Origin: Phyllosticta citribraziliensis
Lineage: Eukaryota
Direction of reading: 5' to 3'
NCBI RefSeq assembly: GCF_038025025.1
Contig: NW_027117346.1
Span: forward strand, 186,001-250,000
Length of the DNA stretch: 64,000 bases
Shown here: piece by piece, positions 36,917 through 48,248 of the stretch
Layout: every line of letters starts with the position of its first letter
Position numbering within the stretch: position 1 is the first letter of the stretch
Translations under genes and position numbers: made by a program
Notes under the pieces: model-generated
What the model was told of the DNA's origin: nothing
Databases searched by the model: none
What the model saw: the letters and a program-made list of their open reading frames with translations, nothing else

Positions 36917-38443
36917 ATGATCGAGACTCTGATCACATCGTGGAGCTTCAGCTGGCTCTCCATCGCGCTGACATGCTTCGTCTCTTTCCTCCTGCTGGAA
37001 ATGGGCAGAATGGAAATGGGCAGAATGGTTTATTCGACTCGGATCCACGTCCTCAGCAAAGTCCCCGGCCCGTGGTTCCCTGCCGCCAGTTCGCTGTGGA
37101 TCCGCTGGCAACGCTGGCACGGGAGCCTGTCCTTCACTGCCGACGACCTGCTCCGCGAGTATGGCCCGGTGGTGCGCATCAGCCCCAACATGGTTCTCGT
37201 GAACGACGCGCCATCTCTGCAGGCCGTCTTCGCCAGGCAAGACTTCGACACCGCGCCCCGAGCCATCCGAGCCCTTCGCATCGGCGGCCATGACTGGACC
37301 GTCACGTACTCGCGGAACGACGTGGCGCGCGGACGGCGTAGGCCGGTCATGGTGAGCACCACGACCAAAGCCCTGAAGTACTGGCGGCCCATCTTCGACG
37401 ACAACATCGACGGGATGGTCCGCAAGCTTGGGGCGTCCCAGGGCAACGCGTCCGAGGACATTGTCTACCATCTGCGCGTCGCCACGCTTCTCAACTCTCA
37501 AGTCGTCATGGCAGGCTCGCAGGCCAAGATCGATCCCGCCGACTTCCCCCACGTAGTCGGCGAATACAACTTCCTCGTCGTCTGGCGCCTATGGTTGCCG
37601 ACCTGGCTTTTCGGCTGGCTGAAGCTGATGCCCTTCGCCTTCGGCCGCGCCGCCAGATTCCGCGTCCAGTCCAGCGACATGCTGTTCAAGCTCGGCGAGC
37701 ACATCTGCAACGAGGCCGAGAAAGCCGACCCCGCGGACGGCGACGACGTGCCGACCGTCTACCGGCTCTTGATGGAGAAGCAAGAAAAGGGCGCCGTCGA
37801 CTGGACGCACAACGAGATCGGCGCCGAGATGGCCGGCCAGGTTTTGGCTGCAACCGAGACCACGTCGTCCGCGCTCGCCTTCATCTTCTACGAGCTGGCC
37901 AGGAACTCTAGTCTGCAGGACAGCGTCTCCCGAGAGGTCGCGACCCACCCCGACAACGAAGGCCTCGATGGCCTCAGGCTTCTCGGCGCTTGCGTCAGCG
38001 AGGGCCTGCGTTTCCGGCCTCCCGTCGCCCTGACTGGCAGTCGTGTCGTGCCCAAGGGAGGCATTAACATTCTCGGCCATTACGTCCCCGAGGGTACCGT
38101 CGTCACCACACAGTCTCTTTCTCTGAGCCGCCAACGCCCCGACCTCTTCCCAAATTACGACGTGTTTGACCCGACGCGATGGCTGGACAAGGAGCGCCTT
38201 GCTGAGCGTCGACGTCTCACGGCTCCGTTTGGTGTCGGTGCTCGTCGCTGTCCCGGTGGGAACATGGCAATCTACCAGATGCGGCTGATTCTTGCGGCTG
38301 TCCTCCGCCAGTACCGAATCACGGTCGCTCCCGAAACAACCCCAGAGTCGATGGCTCCATTCGAGGCCAATGGTTTCCGGTCTCGATTTGACAAATGCTT
38401 TCTCATTTTCACTCCTCGTAGTACTCAATTGCTCAATTTGTAA
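36917..38443 (+). CDS. Cytochrome P450 monooxygenase (intronless)
   Basis: N-terminal membrane anchor; VPGP; YGPVVRISPN; I-helix AATETTS; EGLR (ExxR); FDPTRW; heme motif FGVGARRCPG. Confidence 0.93.
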   Translation: MIETLITSWSFSWLSIALTCFVSFLLLEMGRMEMGRMVYSTRIHVLSKVPGPWFPAASSLWIRWQRWHGSLSFTADDLLREYGPVVRISPNMVLVNDAPSLQAVFARQDFDTAPRAIRALRIGGHDWTVTYSRNDVARGRRRPVMVSTTTKALKYWRPIFDDNIDGMVRKLGASQGNASEDIVYHLRVATLLNSQVVMAGSQAKIDPADFPHVVGEYNFLVVWRLWLPTWLFGWLKLMPFAFGRAARFRVQSSDMLFKLGEHICNEAEKADPADGDDVPTVYRLLMEKQEKGAVDWTHNEIGAEMAGQVLAATETTSSALAFIFYELARNSSLQDSVSREVATHPDNEGLDGLRLLGACVSEGLRFRPPVALTGSRVVPKGGINILGHYVPEGTVVTTQSLSLSRQRPDLFPNYDVFDPTRWLDKERLAERRRLTAPFGVGARRCPGGNMAIYQMRLILAAVLRQYRITVAPETTPESMAPFEANGFRSRFDKCFLIFTPRSTQLLNL

Positions 38444-39340
38444 GCGAGGATGAAGAAAGCCGCTTTGAGATGTTGGTTAGCGTTCTTCTAGGACAAATTG
38501 GATTCGAACGTTTGGTCGTGCAATCGATTTCACGATGGAGTTACCTGGCCGATTTGTTTTGAGACGCGACCGGGACAAGCACTGGTAGGTTAGCAGGCGA
38601 CGATGTGGGTGGTTGAAGAAGGGGTTCAGATGAACTATTGGCACGACGACGCTACCAATGAAGTTGGTGCTCACAAGCTTTCCATACAGATCCATACAAG
38701 TTTGTGATGTGAGAGGCGCGGGCGTGTATTTGCGCTAGCGATTAAGCGCAAAAACCTTGCACGCTTGCGCCAATAGAGGATCAATTTCCCTGCAGAACAT
38801 CGGTATGTATGGCTGCTCTGCGCGAGCCTGCGGTTGTAGACCGGAGCGAAAAGGGAGCGTTGGATAAGAACGTCCGAGTCATTTCATTGCCAAGGGAATG
38901 CACTGATGACAGCGACTGGTGGTTCGGATTCGTCCGCAGAGTTGAAACACGAGAAGACCAGGACCAGTCGCCGTTGATGCTTGCTCCGAATACATGGTTC
39001 GCTCCGAGTTCCCGCGCATTGCAGCTTGGCTCCTCAGTCTTGGCTTGGTATCTTTCTTCCCGCCTTGGGATCGCGTCTTTTGGGTACTCGGCATAACGCG
39101 CTGGGCACGCTCGCAAATCGGTGGAGGCAGTGTTTTCCAATCCCATTGGCATGCGAACTCGATTGGAGCCGCAGTGGGTGGTCCGAGGTCTAGTTGCTAT
39201 GCAAGCCTCCGTTTGATGCCCAAAATCGCCCAAGCTGAAGTGTGTGGTTTTTTTCAACGCCAGTGCCCAGCCCGCCCGCCGTTTCAACGCCAGTCGCTCA
39301 AATGCAATAACAATGGCTTTGCAGCCAGTCGACTTGGCTG

Positions 39341-39850
39341 CTACTCTTCACCCAATTCTTCTTGTTCGCTGCCGTCGCGCCTGCTGTCAAGTTAGCGAGC
39401 GCCAACACGATCCTCTCCTGAGACGCGCAACAACTTACGGGATATATCTCACACCGGCCGCCTCGCACGCCGCGAGCTGTTCCTCACCAAGCTGTGTCGA
39501 AAAGCGAATCGTCAGCGAGACCACACCAAGTCTTCCTCGCGCTACCGCCATGCCGGGGCACCACTTACGATTCCCGAGACCTTGACCGCATATGTTCCTG
39601 GCACGTAGCCGTCCAACCGCTGCCACTTTGCGACCCAGCTATCGACCGGGTTCTGGAGGAAGATGACGCCCTCGTAGACGGCGCTGGTGCAGTCGTTGAC
39701 GTGGGCCTCGTCGGAGCCTTGCATTTCAAGAAACTCGCAGTTGGGACAGCCGTGCCGCCGAAAGTTGCTCCCCGTGGTCAAGTACGCGCAGACCATGCAG
39801 GCACGCAGGTTCTTCATGTGGTTGGGCGGGACGTAAGATTTGGACGTCAT
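39341..39850 (-). CDS. SPT4: Transcription elongation factor Spt4 (3 exons)
   Basis: LRACMVC..GCPNCE zinc site, [38 protein letters not shown]. Confidence 0.95.
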
Positions 39851-40052
39851 GTTGGCGGGTTCTTTGCTGCCGGCGGCACAGCGAAAGGATCGATGAGAGG
39901 TGGATTGGGACGAAGACGAGCCGGCGCGTGGATTGCGGGTAGAAAAATGGGTTGTCGGCGAGAGACGAAAGGAAGAGTTGAAGGAGCAGAGTTGCGGGAG
40001 AGCTTGCGCACGGATGGTTCCGTTGGCGGCGTGCGGGCCCGGCGGCGACGCA

Positions 40053-40084
<32 letters not shown>

Positions 40085-40340
40085 CAACGAAGCAATGCGG
40101 TGCGCGACTCGCTTTTCTAGAACCCCATGAGCTTTCTTCGAAGCGATTCTTCGCAGCCAAATCACACGCCCAATTCCCTGCCGACCGCCATCCACTCAAT
40201 TCTTGCGCCTCGCCCCCGTCCTTTGCGCATCTTCTTGCGCCCCGTCCCTTCCTCGTTCCTTTTTGTGGCCTTTGACCACTCGCAGATCCGCCTCCAGGCG
40301 CGTGCGTCACCACTTCGGGACTCGAGATAACCACGCCGAC

Positions 40341-41929
40341 ATGGGTAACGTCGAGGACGCCGTAGCCCTCAAGGAGCAGGGCAACAAGGCATTCAAGGAG
40401 CACAACTGGCCAGCCGCTGTCGACTTTTATTCCAAGGCCATTGAGCTCCATGACAAGGAGCCTTCGTTTTACACCAATCGTGCGCAGGTAGGCAGCGTCT
40501 TTGCGCACGCGACAGCGCACCGCTAACTTCATGACCTCACCAGGCCAACATCAAGCTCGAGTCCTACGGGCTTGCCATTGCCGATGCCACGAGAGCGCTT
40601 GAACTCGACCCCAACAACGTCAAGGCCTATTATCGGCGAGCCGTTGCCAACACGGCCATTCTCCACCACAGCGAGGCATTGCGTGATTGGAAAATCGTCG
40701 TCAAGAAGAACCCTTCGGACAAGAACGCAAAGCTGCAACACGCCGAGTGCGAAAAGGTTGTCAAGCGCGATGCCTTTCTCAAGGCCATTGAGGTTGAGGA
40801 TGCGCCGTCGGCGGCCGAGGGCTTGGACTTGGACAACATGGCCGTCGACGACAGCTACGACGGCGCGCGGCTGGGCAAGGAAATGACCAAGGAATTCATT
40901 GACGACATGATTCAAAGATTCAAGGACGGGAAGAAGATTCACAAGAAATACGTCTACCAAATCATCCTCGCCGTCAAGGAGCTGGTTTACAACGAGCCGA
41001 CCATGGTGGAGTACAATGTGCCCGCGGGCACCAAGATTACCGTCTGCGGTGACACACATGGTGAGAATTATGAGCCGTTGTATCAGTGACGAGCTAATTA
41101 AACGCAGGCCAATTCTTTGATCTTCTCGAAATCTTCCGTCTCGCTGGATCCCCTTCAGAAGAGCACGCATTCCTCTTCAACGGCGACTTTGTTGATCGGG
41201 GCTCGTGGTCGACCGAAGTTGCGCTGCTGCTCTACTCGTACAAGTGGCTGTACCCAAAGTCATTCTTCCTGAACCGCGGAAACCACGAAACAGACGACAT
41301 GAACCGCATGTATGGCTTCGAAGGCGAGTGCCGGGCCAAGTACACCGAGCGCGTCTTCAAGGTCTTTTCCGAGTCCTTCTCCGCGCTGCCTCTGGCTACA
41401 CTCATTGGCAAGAAGCACTTTGTCCTGCACGGCGGCCTCTTCTCCGATGATGACATTAGCTTGGATGACGTGAGAAAGTTGAACCGCCACAAGCAAAGAC
41501 AACCAGGCCAAAGCGGTTTGATGATGGAGATGTTGTGGACCGACCCGCAACCGCTCCCGGGACGTGGCCCCAGCAAACGTGGAGTTGGCCTGCAGTTTGG
41601 TCCCGATGTCACCAAGAGGTTCTGCGAGAAGAACAACCTCGAAACGGTCATTAGAAGTCACGAGGTCAGGATGAATGGCTACGAAGTCGAGCATGACGGC
41701 AGGTGTATCACTGGTAAGTCGACGCATCCCAACCTTTTCTGGCAAATTTCACTAATTACGTGTAATAGTCTTTTCGGCACCCAAGTATTGCGACAGCACC
41801 GAGAACAAGGGCGCCTACATCGACATTGGCCCCGACTACCAGCTCGACTTCACCGTATTTGACGCAGTACCGCATCCTCCGATCAAGCCCATGGCTTATG
41901 CCGGAAACTCTCTCATGTCGATGATGTAA
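40341..41929 (+). CDS. PPT1: TPR-containing Ser/Thr protein phosphatase 5
   Basis: N-terminal TPRs ([19 protein letters not shown]); GDTHG, GDFVDRG, RGNHE, HGGL, IRSHE and FSAPKYCD; C-terminus [12 protein letters not shown]. Confidence 0.95.
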
Positions 41930-43156
41930 AAGGACGGAATGACTGGTACGAACGACATGACGCTCTTGTTTTATGGTCGTATACGAACAACGATGGCCCA
42001 TCATGATCACAATTAAGATACCGTCCCATTCCGGATCATTTCTTTTGGCTCGATTGGTTGGGGGTCCATCTTTGGCAGAGTCCGGGGAGGCGTTGTCATG
42101 TGTTTTTTCCTTGTTGCAAATACGTTGAAGCAATCACTTGCATAGCGTGCGGCAAGCTCGACGTCGGCAGCAGCAGTGTCAGAATCACGAGTCTTCCACT
42201 GCGAAGCGCACATGTGGTACATTGGGCATTTGTGGTTCCAAGGGTTTCATCATGAGTACCTTTCGTGTCGTTGTATTATACAGAGATTGCACCACCCAAG
42301 GGAAAGACAGACTTTGGGCTTCTTCAGAGAGAGGGACGAGCAGGCGGGCTGCTTTGGTCCACTGTGTTCGCGTGTAGGATCAGAGAGCGCATTGGGAATG
42401 ACGACGAACGAATCCGCAAGGTGGAATCTCCTCATGATGGTGTCCAAAGTTCAGAGCGGGACGAGTGACTCGCGAGAGGTCCGCTCTCGTCGGGCCTGTT
42501 ATGGCAAGGCGCCGGAAGCACCGCGGCGATACTCGCCTCTGCGTTTTGCAAATCCGCGCGTGGCCGCCTCGTCCGCGCCTTTCCGCGTCCAGAGCGGCCA
42601 CGACTTGACTTGCCCAAGGCCCTCAACGTTGCGGCGCGCCGGCGGACGACGTCACCTCAGGCGTTGAGTAATGCGGGTCGACACCGGAGACTGAGAGAGG
42701 GCAGCTGGAAGTGGGTGGGTCAAACTAAGCTTGCGCGCGCGCGGGGACAGACGGAGGGGCAGGGCAGAGAGGGGATTTAAGTTGAGCGCTGGCTCCCTAC
42801 GCTGCGGTTTCTTCTCCACATCATCGCCATTGGACTTGTTCAGGTACGTGGGTTGCTGCTTTTGGGTGTGAGAGAGTGCCGTTACTCTCCACTCTACATC
42901 ATACACATTGTCTTTCTCTGTTGGCTTTTGACTGCTGCCTCGTGGCCGCCGGGAGAGGTGGTGCCACATCACGCACACCTACTCTAGCAGGCGCTGTCTC
43001 TCACATCTCTCTCCCCATCCTCACCTCTGCACACCAAAACCGAGCGACTTCGAACAGAGAAAAGTAAACTAACACAAGAGACAAACCCCAGTACCCGGCC
43101 GCTCCTCCTCCGCTCCCTCTACACTCAATCCCAATCCCAACACAGAAACAGCAAAA

Positions 43157-43534
43157 ATGGTCTACACAATCGTGGTGCACCTGTACGCCAAGGAGGGCAA
43201 GGAGGTCGAGGAGAAGCTGCGCAACAAGCTGATCGAGGCGTCGCAAGTGTACTCGCAGGACCGCGAGACGGTCGGCTGGCACGTCATGCAGGACCACGTG
43301 GACCCGCGCGCGTGGTGCATCGTCGAGAGATATGAGCAGGAGAGCGTGAGTTGTCCTCGTACCTCCCTTCTTCTTGCATGAGTGCTGATGTTGTGATGAC
43401 AGTCGCAAAAATACCACCTCGAGAACCCCTACTGGAAGACGTTTGACCCCTACGTCATTCCGCTGCTGGACCGCGACATGGACCTGCGCCGCTTCCACGA
43501 GCTGGACACGAGCAAGCCGGTCAAGGTCGAGTAA
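43157..43534 (+). CDS. Small ABM / dimeric alpha-beta barrel domain protein (2 exons)
   Basis: MVYTIVVHLYAK..EASQVYSQDRETVGWHVMQD..IVERYEQES | SQKYHLENPYWKTFDPYVIPLL; GTGAGT..CAG intron joins in frame. Confidence 0.8.
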
Positions 43535-44367
43535 GGAGCGAGCAAGCCGAGCAAGCAAGCTACATAGCAAGCAAGCTACATAGCAAGCAACGTAACCAAC
43601 CGACCAGTTGTGGTGGTGTCCTCTTCGGAGGAATGTAAATAGTTGAATGATGGCTATTTATGACTTGTTGCTGCAATTTGCAAATGTTGGTGTTGTGGTG
43701 TTGTGGCAGACATGTCTCTCTTCTTTCCTGTCGCCTTTTCCCTGACTCTCTTGTTTACGGCGATCCCAGTTTGTGGTGTGCGCAGACGACACGCGTTGGG
43801 CCCCCTGTCTCCATCACGTCTCCTGCCTAGAATATTCATCACCCCCTGCTCCTCCTCTTCTCGCCTCTTCACTCTATCCCACAAAACCCGCTCCATCGCG
43901 CTCCGCAACGCCCACCCCCTTTCCAATAGCGACGGTGGTGGTAGAATATTACTCCTCCTGGCCTACTTACATACCATCAACCGACACTTGCAAAACAAGC
44001 CAAAGCACGTATAGGGGAGGGGAATTGCACCGGAATCACCATCACCATCACCACCACCCTCCCACACCACCCATCCACCCATCCAGCCTAGTTAGTAGAC
44101 TTTCGGCACCAAACGAAAAAAACACACCTTTCACGAACGCGCCACAAACATTGATCCGGAGTGGGTGGCAGCAGCTGGGCAGTGTGGTATTTCTGTAGTT
44201 TAGTTCATTTTCCCTTACTTGCATCTCTAAGAGCCTGCCGCACAGCTCGAGGCATTCCCGTAGTTCCATTGACTCGATTCGTTTGCTTGCGTCGGATTGA
44301 GGTGGGTTGATTGATTTTATCGACTGAGTATCCACTAGGTATCTGCGACCAGCGACGACGATAGCGG

Positions 44368-44370
<3 letters not shown>

Positions 44371-44422
<52 letters not shown>

Positions 44423-44428
44423 AACGAC
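44371..44428. repeat. (ACGACA)n hexanucleotide microsatellite
   Basis: About nine tandem caacga units read directly. Confidence 0.9.
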
Positions 44429-45172
44429 ACAGAACAGCCTCAGCCCCGCGCCTCGCCCACTTCGTGCGCGTAGAAAGACGACTGACACCGTGTTTCCGCG
44501 TTCTCAAGACAGGCGTGAGCAGCGTGACAGCGTAGCCCAGACCAGCCCGCTTGAACCCGGCGCGTCGGACGGCGAGCAAGTGAAGAAGACAAAGGCAACG
44601 AAAGATGTAAATTAACGGTACAGGCGCCCATCGTCTGGTCTGAGCGATACGATGGAGGAAGAACGGTAATCCTAGAAAAGGAGGGGTGGGGGAGAAGGGG
44701 AAATCGTCCAGCGACACTCCACTGATGGCGCGAAGGCGTATTGCTCGCTGCTTGCTGCTCACTCGCTCACATGCGTGGTTGTTTCGGGGCAAAGCACGAA
44801 GTTGGATGTAGAAGACAAGGCTGACGGTTGACTGGTTGAATGGTTGACTTGCTGACGTTTTCTTTTGCCGCTGCTGCTAGAAGAAGAAGAAGAAGAGAAG
44901 GAAAGAAGCACAAGCCCCACGAGCGAGCGGGAGAACATCCCTACCTCGCCAACACCCCCCCAGCCGCGAAGAAAAACGGCAGAAGGGCATGGGCGATGCT
45001 TCCAACAGCAGAAAAGTAAATGTGCACAGAAGGCAAGATCTGCAGCAGGAGAAGAGAAAAGCGTTTTGTGGAGAGGAGCAAGTAGTTACTATGTGTGTAA
45101 TAGTAGGGGTATGAGGAGGAAGCAGGACAAAGAGTGCGGGGGAGGTAAAGGGGGATTGAGAAAGAAAGCCGA

Positions 45173-45853
45173 TTAAGCGTTTTGCGCCTGCATCTCGGGC
45201 GCCGGTCCCTTCTCCGCCGTCGAGCGCGTGCGCCAGACGTGCAGGGCGGCGAGCGTCATGGTGCCGACGAAGATAGCCCTGTCGCGAGAAGAAGAAAAAG
45301 TTAGCAAAGTTTCTCAACTCCGCGGCCATCTCTCCGCGGCTGTATCCAGCGCGGCCGGCCACATCCCGCAACACTCCCCAAAACACATCAGGGACCAGAG
45401 AAAACGTACCACTCAAAGGCCGCAAACGCGGTAGCGGCGCGGGCGCTATCGCAGACAGCGCCAAAGCAGACGCGATTGTCGAGCCAGACGGCGACGGCGA
45501 TGAAGCCGGCGAACCAGAACAGCATGGTGAGGGCCTCGACGGCGAGGACGGCGTACTTGTGGGCGGCGGAGGGGAACTTCCATGGCGCGACGAGCAGGTA
45601 GCCGAGGACGAGGAGCGTCCAGACGGAGGTGAAGATGAGGAAGTTGATCTCGGCGGGCGAGGTGGCGAACCAGTGGTTTGTCCACCAGTTGGAGACTGTG
45701 CGGGTGTCAGTGATGAATACCTTGGGTGGGCGGAGGAGGAGGAGGAGGAGGAGGAGGAGGATGGAGGCACTGACCGAAGGATACCAGGCCGAGGACGATG
45801 ATGGTGAAGACGGCTTGCGCGATGCGCAGAGGGAGGAGCCAGTTGAACGCCAT
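45173..45853 (-). CDS. MARVEL-domain four-TM membrane protein (3 exons)
   Basis: MAFNWLLPLRIAQAVFTIIVLGL; SPAEINFLIFTSVWTLL; EALTMLFWFAGFIAVA; C..C..ARAATAFAAFEW; final exon AIFVGTMTLAALHVWR. Confidence 0.85.
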
Positions 45854-48248
45854 GGCGGCGAGGAGATGAGGGCGAATGTGTGGTAGTAGGAGAAGACGAC
45901 AGAATATATCGACGCAGCAGCCACAGGCAGCGTAGTCAAGACGGAGGAGGAGGCGTAGAGAAGCCGGCGCAGGCAGTCACCAACCGACCAAAAGGCGACG
46001 ATGTGGCAGTAAGGAGATGGAGATGTAGATGTAAAGGCAAAAAGGAGGAGAAGGGGCAGAGAGGGCAAGTGATATTACGCTTCGCAGTCAGAGTTGCAAA
46101 AGATATTACTCGCGCCGTGTGAGTGGATGGCGGTGGGTGCAGCAAAACAGGATTGTTCCCTCTTCAATGCTGACTCTGACAGGGCTGCTCCCAGCAACGT
46201 CTCAGGTTCACGTCTGCTCCAAAAAACCGGTTCCCTGCCCGGCCCTGCCAAGTGTGCGTATATGCGTATGTATATGCGAGTATGCCGACGACGAGGGTGC
46301 AGTCAGTCTGTGGAGAAAAGAGTGGTCCGAGTGAAGAAAAGACGACAAACTCCCTCGGCGCAGACAGACAAAGCCTCCAAGGCAGCAGGCAAACCCGTCT
46401 TTGTTGCTCGAAACGCTGCACTCCTCGAGAACGGCGTCGAGTGTGTTCCGCCAATCGAACATGTGACGTCGCGCCAGCCCAGCATCGCCCTCTTTGCGAC
46501 GAATCTGAACCTCTCAAACCTTTGCTGCCTATGCGTTGTGTTGGTTGATTCGCAAATACTTACCTACACGGCCACCACCACCGCCGCCGCCATCAGCAGC
46601 AGCATCGCCAACAACGACGACGACACTCATCCGTCAGCCACAGCGACAGCGACAGCGACAGCGACGGGCCTGATCCGCCACCCACCGCCCGCCGATCCGG
46701 GGATCCAGCTGCCCTTCGACCCCTACGCACGGCGATGCGATTGGTCGCAGCCAGTCAACAGAGGCCGTCGAGGACGTCAGAAGTCCCCTCGCTCGCTCGC
46801 CCTCGTCCGTCCCGCGCCCGTGTCATGGGCCCGAGCCTATTGGCAGCCGTTAATCTCGCGCGACGCGCCTTGCCGGGGCTCCGTCTGCCCTACCCACCGG
46901 ACCCATGCATGGCTGCCTCTGCATGCCTTTGTCTCTCCGCCTAGTAGGGTCCTGAGGATGAGGAGGAGCAGTCGGTAGGTCGGTAGGTCGGTGCAGGGAC
47001 AGGAGGTCGTCATTGTGCGACGCATAACTTACGGCAGCTGTGTATGTATTGCGTTTTGCATGGCAGCGCATGGCATGGCAGCGCATGGCATTGCTTTGCT
47101 GCGGCCCGCCCGCTTCAAGCCTCAACTGCAATCACGTCTACTAGCGCAGTACATCAACCGTAGTCCAGTCCAGGCTAACCCACTCGCTGGCTCTCTGAGT
47201 TGCTCGATTTGACTGGCTGGCTGCTGGCTTGCTTGCTGGCTGGCGCGCTGAACAACGCCTGCCGCTGCGCCTTGCGATGCGATACGATGCGATGCGACAC
47301 CTGCAGTTGTGATGATGGTGGCGGCGATGGCGCTGGCGGCGACGGCCTCGTGATGCCATCGGATAGTTGGTCGATTGCGCGTCGCGGGCCGCAGCCACGA
47401 GAAGCGCAGCAAACCAGGTGGGTGAATAGCGCCGCTCGGGCGGGTAGGCAGAGCAGGGCGCGGGTGCGAGAGGCGGGCGATGCCAGAGTTGAGGGTGGTG
47501 AGGTCAGAGAGACGGAGGGGGAGGGGGTGGGGGAGGTGCAGGCTAACGGTGAGGTAGGCAGGTAAAGATGATCGGCGCAGAAATGACGACGGCGTGCATG
47601 CATGCAGCAGATCGGGTACTGTACCTATCTACAGTGCTTCTCCAAGACGACGAATAACACCGATATCCAGGACGTGCTCTGTTTTCCTTGTCCTACATCT
47701 ACTAGCACTCACGTCCCCTTCTACAACACTGTGTACAGTACAGTACATACAAACATGCCCCATGAACTTCCACCCTCATGCATTATATGTATGCAATTCC
47801 GACTGCTTCTACGGAGGAAAGCTCGATGTCATGAAGGATGTGGTGTGTGCGACATTTGCCATCGTCGTATGGATCTGCCCCACGGCATGCCGCTGTCGCT
47901 GTCCTTTCCATTCCGTATCCATAACGTCGTCGTCGTCCTTCCTTCTCTCACTCACGACAAGGAGATAGGGAGGCAAGGCAAAAAAGGTGAGAGAAGAAGA
48001 ACCCAGAAACCAGAAAACCAGAACGACCAAACAAAAAAACGCCCATCGCACCACGCCCCATGGTATACCTCATCCATCCAGTAGTAGAGCCTGCCTGTCC
48101 AGTGAGCCTGTCGGCAGCCGCAGCGCCATCCCACGGAACCACTCCCGAACGAGTTCAATTCATCTCTAAACACCGATTGCCCCGCCGCGCCCAGCTGTCA
48201 TGCCCCATGATCAAAAAGTTCGACTTTTATGAAAGCCCCGTCCGTCCC

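Noticed and set aside
38781..39287. ORF containing ARELGANHVF, resembling medium-chain dehydrogenase LGADHV motifs
   Set aside because: An isolated short resemblance with no Rossmann or zinc motifs; it lies in the SPT4 3' region.
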